DNA of 64,000 bases from an uncultured Gemmatimonadaceae bacterium (GCA_963716745.1 OY970320.1:2592001-2656000); one strand, 5' to 3'. Shown: positions 31,136 to 40,760, counted from the first letter of the stretch. A program made the numbers and translations. The notes: generated by a model from the letters alone, not told the origin.

Positions 31136-34100
31136 ATGCGCGCCCGCTCTCTCCTCTTCGTGGTCGCCGCCGCTTGGGCGGCGGGCCTGCAAGCACAGGC
31201 AGCGCCATCGGCGCCACCGGCGCCGTCGGGGCAGCAGGCGCAACTCGCGACCAACAAGACCGCTCCGCCCGTGCCGCTCAATGCCGCCATCGAGAAGCTC
31301 ACCACGTTCATCACGCGCTATCCGGCCAGTCCGCTTCGCGCCGACGCGCTCTTCGAGCTCGGCGAACTCCTGGTGCGCCGCGCGGACGAGAACTTCGCCG
31401 CGTCGCAGCGCGCATCCTCGGGCGGCACCGGAGCGCAGGACCGGCCCGACTATGCGCCCGCGATCGCCCGCTACGAGGAATTGATCGCGAAGTACCCGAA
31501 GTTCGACCGGCTCGATGCGGCGCAGTACACGCTCGGCACACTGTACACCGCCGACCAGCGCTTCTCGGATGCGGTCAAGATGTTCACGGCCGTCACCCTG
31601 CAGCACTCGTCGCATTTCCGGCCCGAGTCCTTCTTCCGGCTGGGCGACGCGGACTTCGAGCTCGCGGCCAAGGCGCGCGGCAATGCGCGCAAGGCACTGT
31701 TCGTGCAGGCCGCCGTCGCGTACGACAGCGCCACGCACACCGCCCCTCCGGGCGGCGACATCTATTTCCTCGCGCTCTACAAGCTGGGCTGGGCCTACTA
31801 CAATCAGGCCACCAAGGCCATGCAGCCGGAGTATTCGCAGGCCGTGGATGTGTTCGGCCGCCTCGTCACCGAATACGATCAGCTCACGCCCGCGCAGCAG
31901 GCCCGCCTCGGACTGCGCCGCGAGACGATCGACTATATGGCGGTGTCGCTCACGCAGGTGGGCGGCGTGGATGCGTCGAACAAGTACTTCGCGGCGCACC
32001 CGGCCGCGGGCACCAACCTGGAACTCACCGTGCTGCGGCGTCTCGCCGGCAGCCTGCGCGACCAGGGCGATTTCGGGAAGGCCGTGCTCGCATACAAGGA
32101 GATCCAGCAGAAGGCGCCGCTCGACTCCACGGCGCTCGCGGTGCAGTCCGACATCATCGACATCTACCAGAACCGCGTGCTCGAGCCCGACAGCGCGCAG
32201 GCCGCGCGGCTCGCGCTCGTGAACGACTTCGGTCCGAACACGAATTGGGGGAAGGCGAACCCGAACCTGCTCCCGGCCGCGACCGCGGCGCGTGAGCAGG
32301 CGCTCCGCCAGAGCGCGCAGTACGCGCTCTCGGAAGCGCAGCGCAAGAAGTCCAAGGACAAGGTGCCGGCCAAGACGCGCTACTCCGAAGCGGCCGCGCT
32401 CTACGGGCGCTACCTCACCGAGTTCGCGTCGAGTGACAGCGCGCAGGCCATGGCGTTCTACGAGGGTGAAGCCCTCTTCGGCGCCGGCGATTATTCGGAC
32501 GCCGGCGCGTCGTACTCCCTCGCCGCGTACACCTACAAGAGCTCGGATGCGAAGCTCGCCGACAAGGCCGGACAGGACGCGATCGTCGCGTACGATTCCG
32601 CCACGGCGCACGGCCGCGGCGATAAGGCCGCGCAGGATTCCCTCTTCGCGAGCGTGGACCGCTACGTCACCGCGTTCCCCGAGAGCCCGGTCGCGAAGAC
32701 GGCGCTCATTCAGAAGGGCAAACGCGCCTCGGAGTCGAAGCGCTGGGACGTGATGGAGGCCACCTTCCGCGCGTACATCGCCAAGTATCCGAATGACAAG
32801 TATGTGCCCACCGCCCAGAAGCTGGTCGGCGACGCAATGTACAAGCAAGGCGAGTACGGCAAGGCGCAGGCCCAGTGGGAATCGGCGGGCGCGCTGGCGG
32901 CCAGCTCCGGCAATAAGGTGCTCGCCGATTCGATCACGCGCATCCGGAACGCGGCCACGGTCACGTTCGGCGATTCGCTCGTGAAGGCGGGCGACTACAA
33001 CCGCGCCGCCGAGGAAGTGTACATCGGCTACGCCGACCGGAATCCCAAGTCGGACAAGGCGCCGGACGCGCTGCGGAACGCGGTGGAAGTGTACATGCTG
33101 GCCGACAGCGCGGCGCTCGCGAAGCACGACACAGCGGCGTCGACCGCGGCGCGTGAACACGCGCTGAACGTCGCCGATCGCATCACGCGCGACTATCCGA
33201 CCTACAAGTACAAGGTGCAGTACCAGGCGCTCCAAGCGCAGCTGCTGGGCGAACTGGGCCATCGCGACAGCGCCGCGGCGGTGCTCTCCACGCTCGTCAA
33301 GGAGAATCCGACGTGGCCGGGGCGCGCCGACGCAATGGTGCGCATCGCGGTCGACCTCGACTCGCTGGGCAAATACAAGGAATCGGCCGACGCGTACGAA
33401 CGGTTCGCGGCGTCGTATCCGAAGGACAAGCGCGCGCCGGACGCGCAGTACAACGCCGCGGCCGCGTATCTCCAGGCGGGCGACAGCGCGAACGCCGCCC
33501 GGGCGCTCGGCGCCTTCGTGAAGGTGAATCCGCGCGACAAGCGCGCGCCGGACGCGACCGCTGAGCGGATCGCGCTGCTCAAGGCGACGGGCGCGTCGGC
33601 AGCGGCCGACGCGGAGTTGGCGAAACTGTGCGGTCATCCGACCGCGCAGCTGAAGTCGGAGTGTGCCGCGCGCGCCGGTGCGGCGGCATTCGCGAGCGGC
33701 CAGGCGCTCTGGGCGAAATACCAGGGGATGCAGCTCGTCATTGCGAGGAAGAACAACCTGACGCGCGCCGGTGTGGCGCGGCTCTCGCAGCCCAAGAAGG
33801 ACCTGCTCGCGAAGATGAACGGCGAGTTCGCGAAGGCGATCGAGACCGGCTCGCCTGAGTGGGTGTCGGCGGGCAGCTACTACGCCGGCCTCGCGCAGTG
33901 GGAGTATGGAAACTTCCTGGCGAATGTAACGCTTCCGAAGGATCTCTCGCCGGAGGAGAGCCAGGCGGCGCAGGCAGGTGCGGCGAAGCAGGGAGAAGCG
34001 TACTATCAGGCAGCGAACAAGCTCTGGAAGGCTCTCGTGGACAAGTCGGTGAAGGAGAAGTTCACCAACGCATGGGTGGATCGTGCGCAGGCGGCGCTCG

Positions 34101-34318
34101 CGGGCAAGGTGGATGCGACGCCCGGAGCGGTGGCGCCCGCGCCGGCCGCGCCCGCGCCGGCGAAGCCCGCACCGCCCGCGCCCGCTACTGCGAAGCCGCC
34201 CGCGCCCGCCGCTGCGAAGCCGCCCGCGCCTGCCGCTGCGAAGCCGCCCGCGCCCGCTACTGCGAAGCCGCCCGCGCCCGCACCGGCGAAGCCACCAACA
34301 TCGGGAGGTGGGCGATGA
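31136..34318 (+). CDS. Large secreted tetratricopeptide-repeat protein
   Basis: Many TPRs (YPASPLRADALFELGELL, ALYKLGWAYY, YPKDKRAPDAQYNAA); Pro/Ala/Lys tail. Confidence 0.85.
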   Translation: MRARSLLFVVAAAWAAGLQAQAAPSAPPAPSGQQAQLATNKTAPPVPLNAAIEKLTTFITRYPASPLRADALFELGELLVRRADENFAASQRASSGGTGAQDRPDYAPAIARYEELIAKYPKFDRLDAAQYTLGTLYTADQRFSDAVKMFTAVTLQHSSHFRPESFFRLGDADFELAAKARGNARKALFVQAAVAYDSATHTAPPGGDIYFLALYKLGWAYYNQATKAMQPEYSQAVDVFGRLVTEYDQLTPAQQARLGLRRETIDYMAVSLTQVGGVDASNKYFAAHPAAGTNLELTVLRRLAGSLRDQGDFGKAVLAYKEIQQKAPLDSTALAVQSDIIDIYQNRVLEPDSAQAARLALVNDFGPNTNWGKANPNLLPAATAAREQALRQSAQYALSEAQRKKSKDKVPAKTRYSEAAALYGRYLTEFASSDSAQAMAFYEGEALFGAGDYSDAGASYSLAAYTYKSSDAKLADKAGQDAIVAYDSATAHGRGDKAAQDSLFASVDRYVTAFPESPVAKTALIQKGKRASESKRWDVMEATFRAYIAKYPNDKYVPTAQKLVGDAMYKQGEYGKAQAQWESAGALAASSGNKVLADSITRIRNAATVTFGDSLVKAGDYNRAAEEVYIGYADRNPKSDKAPDALRNAVEVYMLADSAALAKHDTAASTAAREHALNVADRITRDYPTYKYKVQYQALQAQLLGELGHRDSAAAVLSTLVKENPTWPGRADAMVRIAVDLDSLGKYKESADAYERFAASYPKDKRAPDAQYNAAAAYLQAGDSANAARALGAFVKVNPRDKRAPDATAERIALLKATGASAAADAELAKLCGHPTAQLKSECAARAGAAAFASGQALWAKYQGMQLVIARKNNLTRAGVARLSQPKKDLLAKMNGEFAKAIETGSPEWVSAGSYYAGLAQWEYGNFLANVTLPKDLSPEESQAAQAGAAKQGEAYYQAANKLWKALVDKSVKEKFTNAWVDRAQAALAGKVDATPGAVAPAPAAPAPAKPAPPAPATAKPPAPAAAKPPAPAAAKPPAPATAKPPAPAPAKPPTSGGGR
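34140..34295 (+). repeat. Coding 24-bp tandem repeat (AKPPAPAA/T)
   Basis: GCGAAGCCGCCCGCGCCCGC(T/C)(A/G)CT units, about five copies. Confidence 0.85.
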
Positions 34319-35076
34319 GCACCGGCACCTGCACGCGTGCGCGGCTCATCGTCGCGCTGACGCTCGTGATGGTCTTGGCCGTCGCCGGTGGTGCGCAGGC
34401 GCAGCAGCCGCCCGTGAAGAAGCCGGCCACGACCGGGCAAACGATCGAGATCCGCGGCCAGGCGCCGACGCCACAGGTGGTCACCGTGCGTCCGCGCGAG
34501 GTGCCCGACTATAAGGCGGGCGGGCTGCCCAGCGCCGTGATGGGATCGGGATCGTGGCCATCGGTGACCGCCGGATACGCGATCACGCCCGCGAACCAAC
34601 TGGCGGGACGTCTGCCGCTCGACACGAGCGCGGCCGGGATCGCGCGCGGCGGGACCACTGTGGGCGGCGTGGCGCTCGCGGGTGGAGCGGCCGCCGGTGC
34701 GGCGGCGGGCGCACCCGGAGGCGCGCCAGGCAGCGCGCCTGGCGGGAGCGCGGCCGAGATCGAAGCGATGCGGAAGGAGCTGGCGATGCGCAAAGCGCGT
34801 CTCGATTCGCTCCAGCGCGCGCAGAACGAGAACCAGGCGCATCAGGCCGCGCTCGGCGCAGCGCCCGCGGGCGCTAGGCATGCGACCGCCGCCGACTCGG
34901 CGGCCCGCGTCGCGGAGATCGAAGCGATCCGCAAAGAGCTGAATTACCGCATGCAGCGGCTGGATTCGCTGCAGCGGGAAGTGAATAACCTGGGTGGCAA
35001 GAAGGCCGCGCCCGTGAAGGCCGACACCACGAAGAAGGGGACGCCCGGCAGCAAGCCGCCGCGCGGCTCCCGTTGA
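34315..35076 (+). CDS. Secreted hypothetical protein with duplicated coiled-coil motif
   Basis: Signal peptide (GAQA-QQ); TIEIRGQAPTPQVVTVRPRE; AEIEAMRKELAMRKARLDSLQR repeated as AEIEAIRKELNYRMQRLDSLQR; ATGA overlap. Confidence 0.7.
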   Translation: MSTGTCTRARLIVALTLVMVLAVAGGAQAQQPPVKKPATTGQTIEIRGQAPTPQVVTVRPREVPDYKAGGLPSAVMGSGSWPSVTAGYAITPANQLAGRLPLDTSAAGIARGGTTVGGVALAGGAAAGAAAGAPGGAPGSAPGGSAAEIEAMRKELAMRKARLDSLQRAQNENQAHQAALGAAPAGARHATAADSAARVAEIEAIRKELNYRMQRLDSLQREVNNLGGKKAAPVKADTTKKGTPGSKPPRGSR

Positions 35077-35117
35077 ACCCTGACCGCGTTCGAAATCCTA
35101 CGGAGGATCCGCGTCGA

Positions 35118-35756
35118 ATGAATCTCATCCAGTATTTCCGGAACGGCGGCCCGATCATGTATCCCATCCTTCTGACGGCGATCGTCGGGATGGCGATATT
35201 CTTCGAGCGGTTGTACACGATCGTGATCCGGTCGAAGATCAACGGCCGCGCATTCATCGAGCGTGTGATCCAGCTCGTCCGCGCGGGCAAGGCCGACGAC
35301 GCGATCAAACTCTGCCAGCAGTCGAAGGCCGTGCTGCCGGACATGGGCATGCTGATCCTGCGCAGCCGGAGCCGCGACGAGGCGGACCTGCAGAACGTGG
35401 CGGACGCGGCGGCGCTCTCGGTGCTCCCGCGGCTCACGCGCCGGCTCCATTATCTCCCGATGCTCGCGAACGTCGCGACGCTCATCGGGCTGCTCGGCAC
35501 GATCTTCGGCCTGCAGGCGGCCTTCGCGTCGGTCGGTCTCGCCAGTGCGGCCGCACGAAGCGGAGAGCTGGCGAAGGGTATCTCGGTGGCACTGTACGCG
35601 ACGGGCTTCGGCCTGCTCACGGCGATCCCGCTGTCGGTGGGACACGCCTATCTTGTGAGCCAGGCGGAAGGGATCATCGAGCAGGTGGACGAGTTCCAGG
35701 TGCGGTTGATCAATGCGCTGATCGACCGGCCCGACGTGCGCATCGGGAACCGGTAG
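35118..35756 (+). CDS. MotA/TolQ/ExbB proton channel family protein
   Basis: GGPIMYPI...FFER, ATLIGLLGTIFGL, GISVALYATGFGLLTAIP; GGAGGA RBS. Confidence 0.93.
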   Translation: MNLIQYFRNGGPIMYPILLTAIVGMAIFFERLYTIVIRSKINGRAFIERVIQLVRAGKADDAIKLCQQSKAVLPDMGMLILRSRSRDEADLQNVADAAALSVLPRLTRRLHYLPMLANVATLIGLLGTIFGLQAAFASVGLASAAARSGELAKGISVALYATGFGLLTAIPLSVGHAYLVSQAEGIIEQVDEFQVRLINALIDRPDVRIGNR

Positions 35757-35823
35757 TGACGGTGTGCACGTCCGGCCGCGGCCGGCGTCCATCCGTAGTC
35801 CGACTTACCTGAGCTGATCCGAT

Positions 35824-36354
35824 ATGGCTTCGCTATTCCATCGATCCACCAATCGGCGCAAGGCGGCCGCGCCCCTGACGGCGCACGGGAACATCAATCT
35901 CGTGCCGCTCGTGGACATCCTCACGTCCATCGTCTTCTTCTCGCTCATCACGCTGCAGAACGCCGACGTCGCGACGCTCACGAGCTTCGACCTCGCGCTG
36001 CCGCCGGTGGTGGTGACCACGCCCGAGCAGATGAGCAAGCTGAAGTCGGACCAGGCGCTGGACCTGCTGCTCACCGTGCGCGTGGACAACGAGAAGATGC
36101 TCGTCGAGCACTCGGAGGAAGGCGGCTTCCATCGGCAGATCAACGGCGTCGATTCGGCATCGCTCGTGCAGCTGCAGGCGCTGATGACCGAGATCCGCAC
36201 GAAGTATCCGCAGAACAGCGATGTGACCGTGATCCCGGACGACGACGTGAGTTACGACAACCTCGTGCACGTGCTCGAGCACCTCAAACTCGCGCACTTC
36301 ACCGGCATCTCGCTGGGCACCCGTTCGCGCGGCGCCGCCGCGCCGGGAGCGTAG
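35824..36354 (+). CDS. ExbD/TolR family protein 1
   Basis: INLVPLVDILTSIVFFSL with conserved TM Asp; IPDDDVSYDNLVHVL. Confidence 0.9.
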   Translation: MASLFHRSTNRRKAAAPLTAHGNINLVPLVDILTSIVFFSLITLQNADVATLTSFDLALPPVVVTTPEQMSKLKSDQALDLLLTVRVDNEKMLVEHSEEGGFHRQINGVDSASLVQLQALMTEIRTKYPQNSDVTVIPDDDVSYDNLVHVLEHLKLAHFTGISLGTRSRGAAAPGA

Positions 36355-36355
36355 C

Positions 36356-36943
36356 ATGGCCGCCCGGGGCCGTGATGCCCGCGCCCAACGGCGCGCCGCG
36401 CAGTTCGCGAAGTTCCGGATCACGGAACTGAACCTCGTGCCGCTCGTGGACACGTTCGTGTCCATCGTGTTCTTCGCGCTCACCAGCGCGACCGTGGGCG
36501 AGCTCGCGCCGGTGGCCGCTGGCGTGCGGCTGCCCGAGGCGTCGGTGGGCAGCAGCGCGCTGCAGCAGCTCACCCTGGGCGTGGGGCGGGACCTCACGCT
36601 CGGCGGCGCGCGCGTCACCGGAACGCTCAATGCGGCCGCGGCGGTCTCAACCGATCCCACGCAGCCGCTCATGATCCCCGTGCTGCTCGCTGCACTCAAG
36701 GAAGCGGGCGATTCCATCAAGACCGCGCATGGCATCGCGCCCGACCAGCCGGTGGATGCGCCGCTCGCGATCCAGGCCGACAAGAGCATGCGCTACGATC
36801 TGCTCGCGCGGCTCATGCAGACATCCAGGCTCGCGGGCTTCAAGAACATCTCGTTGCAGGTGAAGCGCGTGGGTGAAGCCACGGCCGTCGTGGACAGCAC
36901 CGCCGCGCCGCCGCCCGCGGCCCCGCCGACGGGAGGGCGCTGA
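36356..36943 (+). CDS. ExbD/TolR family protein 2
   Basis: LNLVPLVDTFVSIVFFAL; IQADKSMRYDLLARLMQTSRLAGF. Confidence 0.9.
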   Translation: MAARGRDARAQRRAAQFAKFRITELNLVPLVDTFVSIVFFALTSATVGELAPVAAGVRLPEASVGSSALQQLTLGVGRDLTLGGARVTGTLNAAAAVSTDPTQPLMIPVLLAALKEAGDSIKTAHGIAPDQPVDAPLAIQADKSMRYDLLARLMQTSRLAGFKNISLQVKRVGEATAVVDSTAAPPPAAPPTGGR

Positions 36944-36944
36944 C

Positions 36945-37899
36945 ATGAACAAGCCGCCTTCGCGCCCGCCCGAGATCCGCAAGCGTGTGGACGAGGTCTC
37001 GTTCACGCGCAACATGCGATTCGAGATCGCCGACGCCGAAGGGCGCGCGCTCCTGTGGAGTTATGTGCTCGCCGGATCCATGGGCCTCATCTGGCTGCTC
37101 ATGGTGTGGTTCGGTCCATCGTCGCAGTCGCTGATCAGCCTGCTGCCGCCGGAGGAGACGCCGGTGGAAGTGAAGTTCGAATGACGCGAAGCCGGCGCCG
37201 ACGCCGACCGCCGCGCCTGTGGCGGCGCCTGCGGCGGCGGCTCCCGCGCCCAAGCCCGCCGGCGGCAATGAAGGGCAGAATCAGAAGAACATCAAGAAGA
37301 TGGGCGACGCGTTCGGCGGCGCCTCGAAGGGCGGCGGCGGGATGGTGGGCAATGTGACCAACGCGCTGCGCGGCGTGGACGTGAGTTCCTCCACCGGTGG
37401 CTCGCCCGGCATGCAGGGGAAAGCGGTGATCGGCTACGGCCAGGGCGGACAGGGATCGCGCACGCCCGGACGCGGCGGACTCGGCACCGGACTGGGCACC
37501 GGCGGCGGCGGGATTGGCGGCGTCGGCGGCACGGGCGTCGGATACTCCGGCGTGCTCGTCGCCGCGCCGCAGGTGATCCACGCGACCAACGCGGGCGGCC
37601 CCGGGCGTAACACGTCCGACCTCGGCAATTACGTGCGCGGCCGCGACTCGCAGCTCCGGTTCTGCTATGAGGAATACGGACTGAAGGTGAACCCGAGCCT
37701 CGCCGGATCCGTCACGGCGGCGGTGACCCTCACCGGCCAGGGGAACGTGACCGACGTCGCGATCAGCGACCGCACGTGGAGCGGCGCCGGATCATCGGAA
37801 GCAGAGAATTGCATCAAGCAGCGGATTTCGGGATGGAGGTTCCCGCCGTCCGAAGCAGGGGGCGGGACGTACTCCTTCAGCTTCTCCTTCTCCAAGTAA
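36945..37899 (+). CDS. TonB-like protein with AgmX/PglI-type C-terminal domain, frameshift near 37180
   Basis: N-terminal TM, Pro/Ala and Gly-rich linkers, QLRFCYEEYGLKVNPSLAGSV...GNVTDV...CIKQRISGWRFP. Removing one A at 37180-37181 gives FDDAKPAP and joins the ORFs. Confidence 0.8.
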
Positions 37900-38080
37900 C
37901 TACGAACGGCGTGAGTACCGAGTCGTGCGTGTTGGAGCACGCACGGCGTGAGTACGGAGTCGTGCGTATTGGACCACTGACGGCGTGAGTACCGACTCGG
38001 TATTCACGCCGTTCGCGATACGGACGACTCGGTCCTCGCGCCGTTGCGTGGTCGAACACGTACGACTCGGTACTCACGCG
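37900..38080. repeat. Large imperfect palindrome of 37-bp tandem units (copy B)
   Basis: Units start at 37906, 37943 and 37980 (ACGGCGTGAGTACCGAGTCGTGCGTG..), followed by inverted units ending CGACTCGGTACTCACGCG; fills the whole gap between convergent stop codons. Confidence 0.9.
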
Positions 38081-38081
38081 G

Positions 38082-38681
38082 TTAGTTGTTGATCGCGAGC
38101 GTATCCACCTTGTCCGCGCCGATCTCGACTCTCTTGGGAGTACCGAGTGCCTCCCCCCGTGCGCCGAGCGTCACAATGTACCATGTGCCCGTCGTCAGCG
38201 AGAACGACGCCCGTTCGTTCACGATCTTCTCGCGCGCGAGCGTCCGGCCCGCGGCGGTCGCTTCTTTCGTGAGTTCCTCAATGTCGAGTGCGCGCACCGG
38301 TCCGGCGTGGAGGCGCAGGCTGTCGCGTCGCATCCGGAGACTCTCGGCGCTCGCGGCGTCGCGCGTGAACGCCGCGTATGCCAATGCATATCCCGGCGTC
38401 CGGCGGTCCGTGCGATCCATGGAATCGGCGCGCGCATTGAGCACCGTGCGCACGCGCCGGTACACCGCGTTGAGCGAATCCGCCGAATGACGCGCCGGAT
38501 CGTTCACGATGAGCAGGGCGGGGTCCACCGGGGTCGCGAGGACTTCCACGCCTCCGGGCACGGTGGTAGAATCCAGCACCACGCGCAGGGTGCCGCTGCG
38601 CGCGCAGGCGATCGCGGCGAGAGCCAGGGCGGGGGCGGCGCGCCGCAGTCTTCCAATGAGGGCGCACACTGAGTGTGGCAT
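38082..38681 (-). CDS. Hypothetical lipoprotein
   Basis: LALAAIAC lipobox-like sequence in the 3' part of the long minus ORF; start uncertain. Confidence 0.55.
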   Translation of the reverse strand: MPHSVCALIGRLRRAAPALALAAIACARSGTLRVVLDSTTVPGGVEVLATPVDPALLIVNDPARHSADSLNAVYRRVRTVLNARADSMDRTDRRTPGYALAYAAFTRDAASAESLRMRRDSLRLHAGPVRALDIEELTKEATAAGRTLAREKIVNERASFSLTTGTWYIVTLGARGEALGTPKRVEIGADKVDTLAINN

Positions 38682-39461
38682 AGAGCGCTGCAAGGTATCG
38701 GCGCCCTCTGGGTGCTGCAAGCGGCGCCGGCGCTGCCGGAACCCCGCGGATACATCAACGACTTCGCGAACGTCATTCCCGCCGATGACGCCGCGCGCAT
38801 GAGCGCCATCATAAATGATGTGCGCGCGAAGTCGGGCGGCGAGATCGTCGTCATCACGATGCCGAGCATTGGCGACCGCGATGTGAACGACATGGCGCTC
38901 CAGTTCGGCCGCCAATGGAAGGTGGGCAAGAAGGCCGCGCCGGGCAATGCCGCGCGCAACACGGGCATCATAATCCTCGTGGTGCCCAAGGAGACCAGCT
39001 CCGACGGCCGCGGCCACGTAGCGGTCGCGACGGGTACCGGCACGGAAGGGTTCATCACTGACGGCGACGCGGGGCAGATCCGCGACGAGGCCATCCCGCT
39101 CTTCCGTCAACAGAACTACGGAGGCGCGATCGAGCTCATGGTCTCGCGCGTGGCCGAGCGTTATGCGCGCGAGTTCAACTTCCCGCTCGATTCGTCGCTC
39201 GCGATCGCGCCGCAACCCATCCGCGTGCCACCCGCGCGCCTGCCGAGGATCGATCCGTTCTGGATATTCTTCGTCATCATAATCGTCATTAACTTGGTGC
39301 GGCTGCTCATGGGCCGGCGCGGTTGCGTCGGCTGCGCGGCGCCAATGTTCATTGGCGGCGGGGGCGGCGGCAGCAGTTGGAGCGGGGGAGGCGGCGGCGG
39401 TTTCGGCGGGTTCGGTGGCGGCGGGGGGTTCGGTGGTGGCGGCGCAAGCGGGAGTTGGTGA
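38673..39461 (+). CDS. TPM domain protein (YgcG family)
   Basis: GYINDFANVI, TGTGTEGFITD, Gly-rich tail GGFGGGGASGSW. Confidence 0.9.
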   Translation: MWHRALQGIGALWVLQAAPALPEPRGYINDFANVIPADDAARMSAIINDVRAKSGGEIVVITMPSIGDRDVNDMALQFGRQWKVGKKAAPGNAARNTGIIILVVPKETSSDGRGHVAVATGTGTEGFITDGDAGQIRDEAIPLFRQQNYGGAIELMVSRVAERYAREFNFPLDSSLAIAPQPIRVPPARLPRIDPFWIFFVIIIVINLVRLLMGRRGCVGCAAPMFIGGGGGGSSWSGGGGGGFGGFGGGGGFGGGGASGSW

Positions 39462-39463
39462 CC

Positions 39464-40177
39464 ATGGCCAAGATGACGCTCGACGGACTCGTGTCCCAAT
39501 TGAAGCTCGCCTTCGGCGGCGAGCTCGTGGCCGTCGTGCTCTACGGCTCCGCGGCGCGCGACGCGTCGGGCGCGACGCCGCGCGGCAGCAACGTGCTCGT
39601 GGTAGTCGCGCGCATCACAATGGAGACGCTCGCGCGCGAGGCGGCGATCGCGGCCGCGTGGACCGAGGCGGGCCATCCGCCGCTGCTCACGATGACGTCC
39701 GACGAATTCCACGGATCCGCCGACATCTTCCCGATCGAGTACGCCGACTTGCTCGACGCACACCGTGTGCTCTACGGCGAGATCGCCCTCGATGCGATGC
39801 AGGTCGAGCGCGCCGATCTCCGGCTGCATCTCGAGCACGAAGCGATGGGGAAACTGCTGCGGCTTCGCCGCGGCATCCTCGCCACGGGTGGCGCGAAGAA
39901 GCCGCAGCTCGCGCTGCTGTCCGAGAGCGTGGGTGCATTCCTCGTGCTCTTTCGCGCGCTCTTGCGCGTGCACGGCGACATGGTGCCCGCCGACCCGGCG
40001 GCGCTCGTGACCGCCGCGGCCGCGCGCGCCGGATTCGATCCCGCACCCTTCCACTTGGCGCTGCACCACGCGCGCGGCGAGAAGATCCCCTCGGCCGACG
40101 CGCCGGCCATCCTCTCGGCGTACCTCGCGGGCGCCACGCAATTGGCGCACTACATCGATCGCATGGGAGCAACATGA
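39464..40177 (+). CDS. Nucleotidyltransferase-like domain protein
   Basis: LVAVVLYGSAARD, ADIFPIEY, HRVLYG; lies in the TPM/LemA cluster. Confidence 0.75.
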   Translation: MAKMTLDGLVSQLKLAFGGELVAVVLYGSAARDASGATPRGSNVLVVVARITMETLAREAAIAAAWTEAGHPPLLTMTSDEFHGSADIFPIEYADLLDAHRVLYGEIALDAMQVERADLRLHLEHEAMGKLLRLRRGILATGGAKKPQLALLSESVGAFLVLFRALLRVHGDMVPADPAALVTAAAARAGFDPAPFHLALHHARGEKIPSADAPAILSAYLAGATQLAHYIDRMGAT

Positions 40178-40659
40178 AACGACTCGCGCTCTTCCCGCTC
40201 GCGCTCTTGTTCGCGCTCGTCCTCGCGGCGTGCCCGGACAAACCCAAGCCCGCGCCTGTCGCGGTGGACACGACGCCCTTGAATCTCGATTCGGTGAAGA
40301 CGGCGATCGCACCGGCCGCGCCCGACACTTTCACGCCGATCAAGATCGCCCAGCCGATCCCGCCGGCCCCGCCGGCGCTGCTGGAGGCGGTGCAACGCGA
40401 GCAGTCGTTCAGCAAGTTCTGCTACCAGGAGTTCGGCCAGAAGGCCGACCCGTCGCTCGCCGGCGGCGTTGCGATGGTGGTCACGGTGGAAGCCAGCGGC
40501 ATCACCGACGCACACGTGCGCGCCGACAGCTGGACCTCCAAGGCCGGGAAGGCGGTGAACACCTGCCTGAACGAGAAGGCGCCGCTCGCGTGGAAGCCGG
40601 AACCCGGTGCGGTGAAGCCGGGCAAGTACATCGTGCAACTCGCCTTCCGGCCGTCGTGA
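40174..40659 (+). CDS. Lipoprotein with AgmX/PglI-type (TonB C-like) domain
   Basis: Lipobox LAAC; KFCYQEFGQKADPSLAGGV...TDAHV...CLNEK aligns by eye with the C-terminus of 36945-37899. Confidence 0.75.
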   Translation: MKRLALFPLALLFALVLAACPDKPKPAPVAVDTTPLNLDSVKTAIAPAAPDTFTPIKIAQPIPPAPPALLEAVQREQSFSKFCYQEFGQKADPSLAGGVAMVVTVEASGITDAHVRADSWTSKAGKAVNTCLNEKAPLAWKPEPGAVKPGKYIVQLAFRPS

Positions 40660-40675
40660 TCGCGCAGATCTCGTT

Positions 40676-40726
40676 CACGCACGACTCACGTCTCACGACT
40701 AACGCCTGCACGCACGACTCACGCCT
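40676..40726. repeat. Heptamer-type repeat (ACGACTC)n upstream of lemA
   Basis: cacgcacgactcacgtctcacgactaacgcctgcacgcacgactcacgcc. Confidence 0.75.
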
Positions 40727-40760
40727 GCAGTTTCTTTTCTTCAGATTCGGAGATCCCCTG

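Noticed and set aside
34140..34295. 24-bp tandem repeat as a DNA-level element
   Set aside because: Explained as an in-frame Pro/Ala/Lys low-complexity protein tail.
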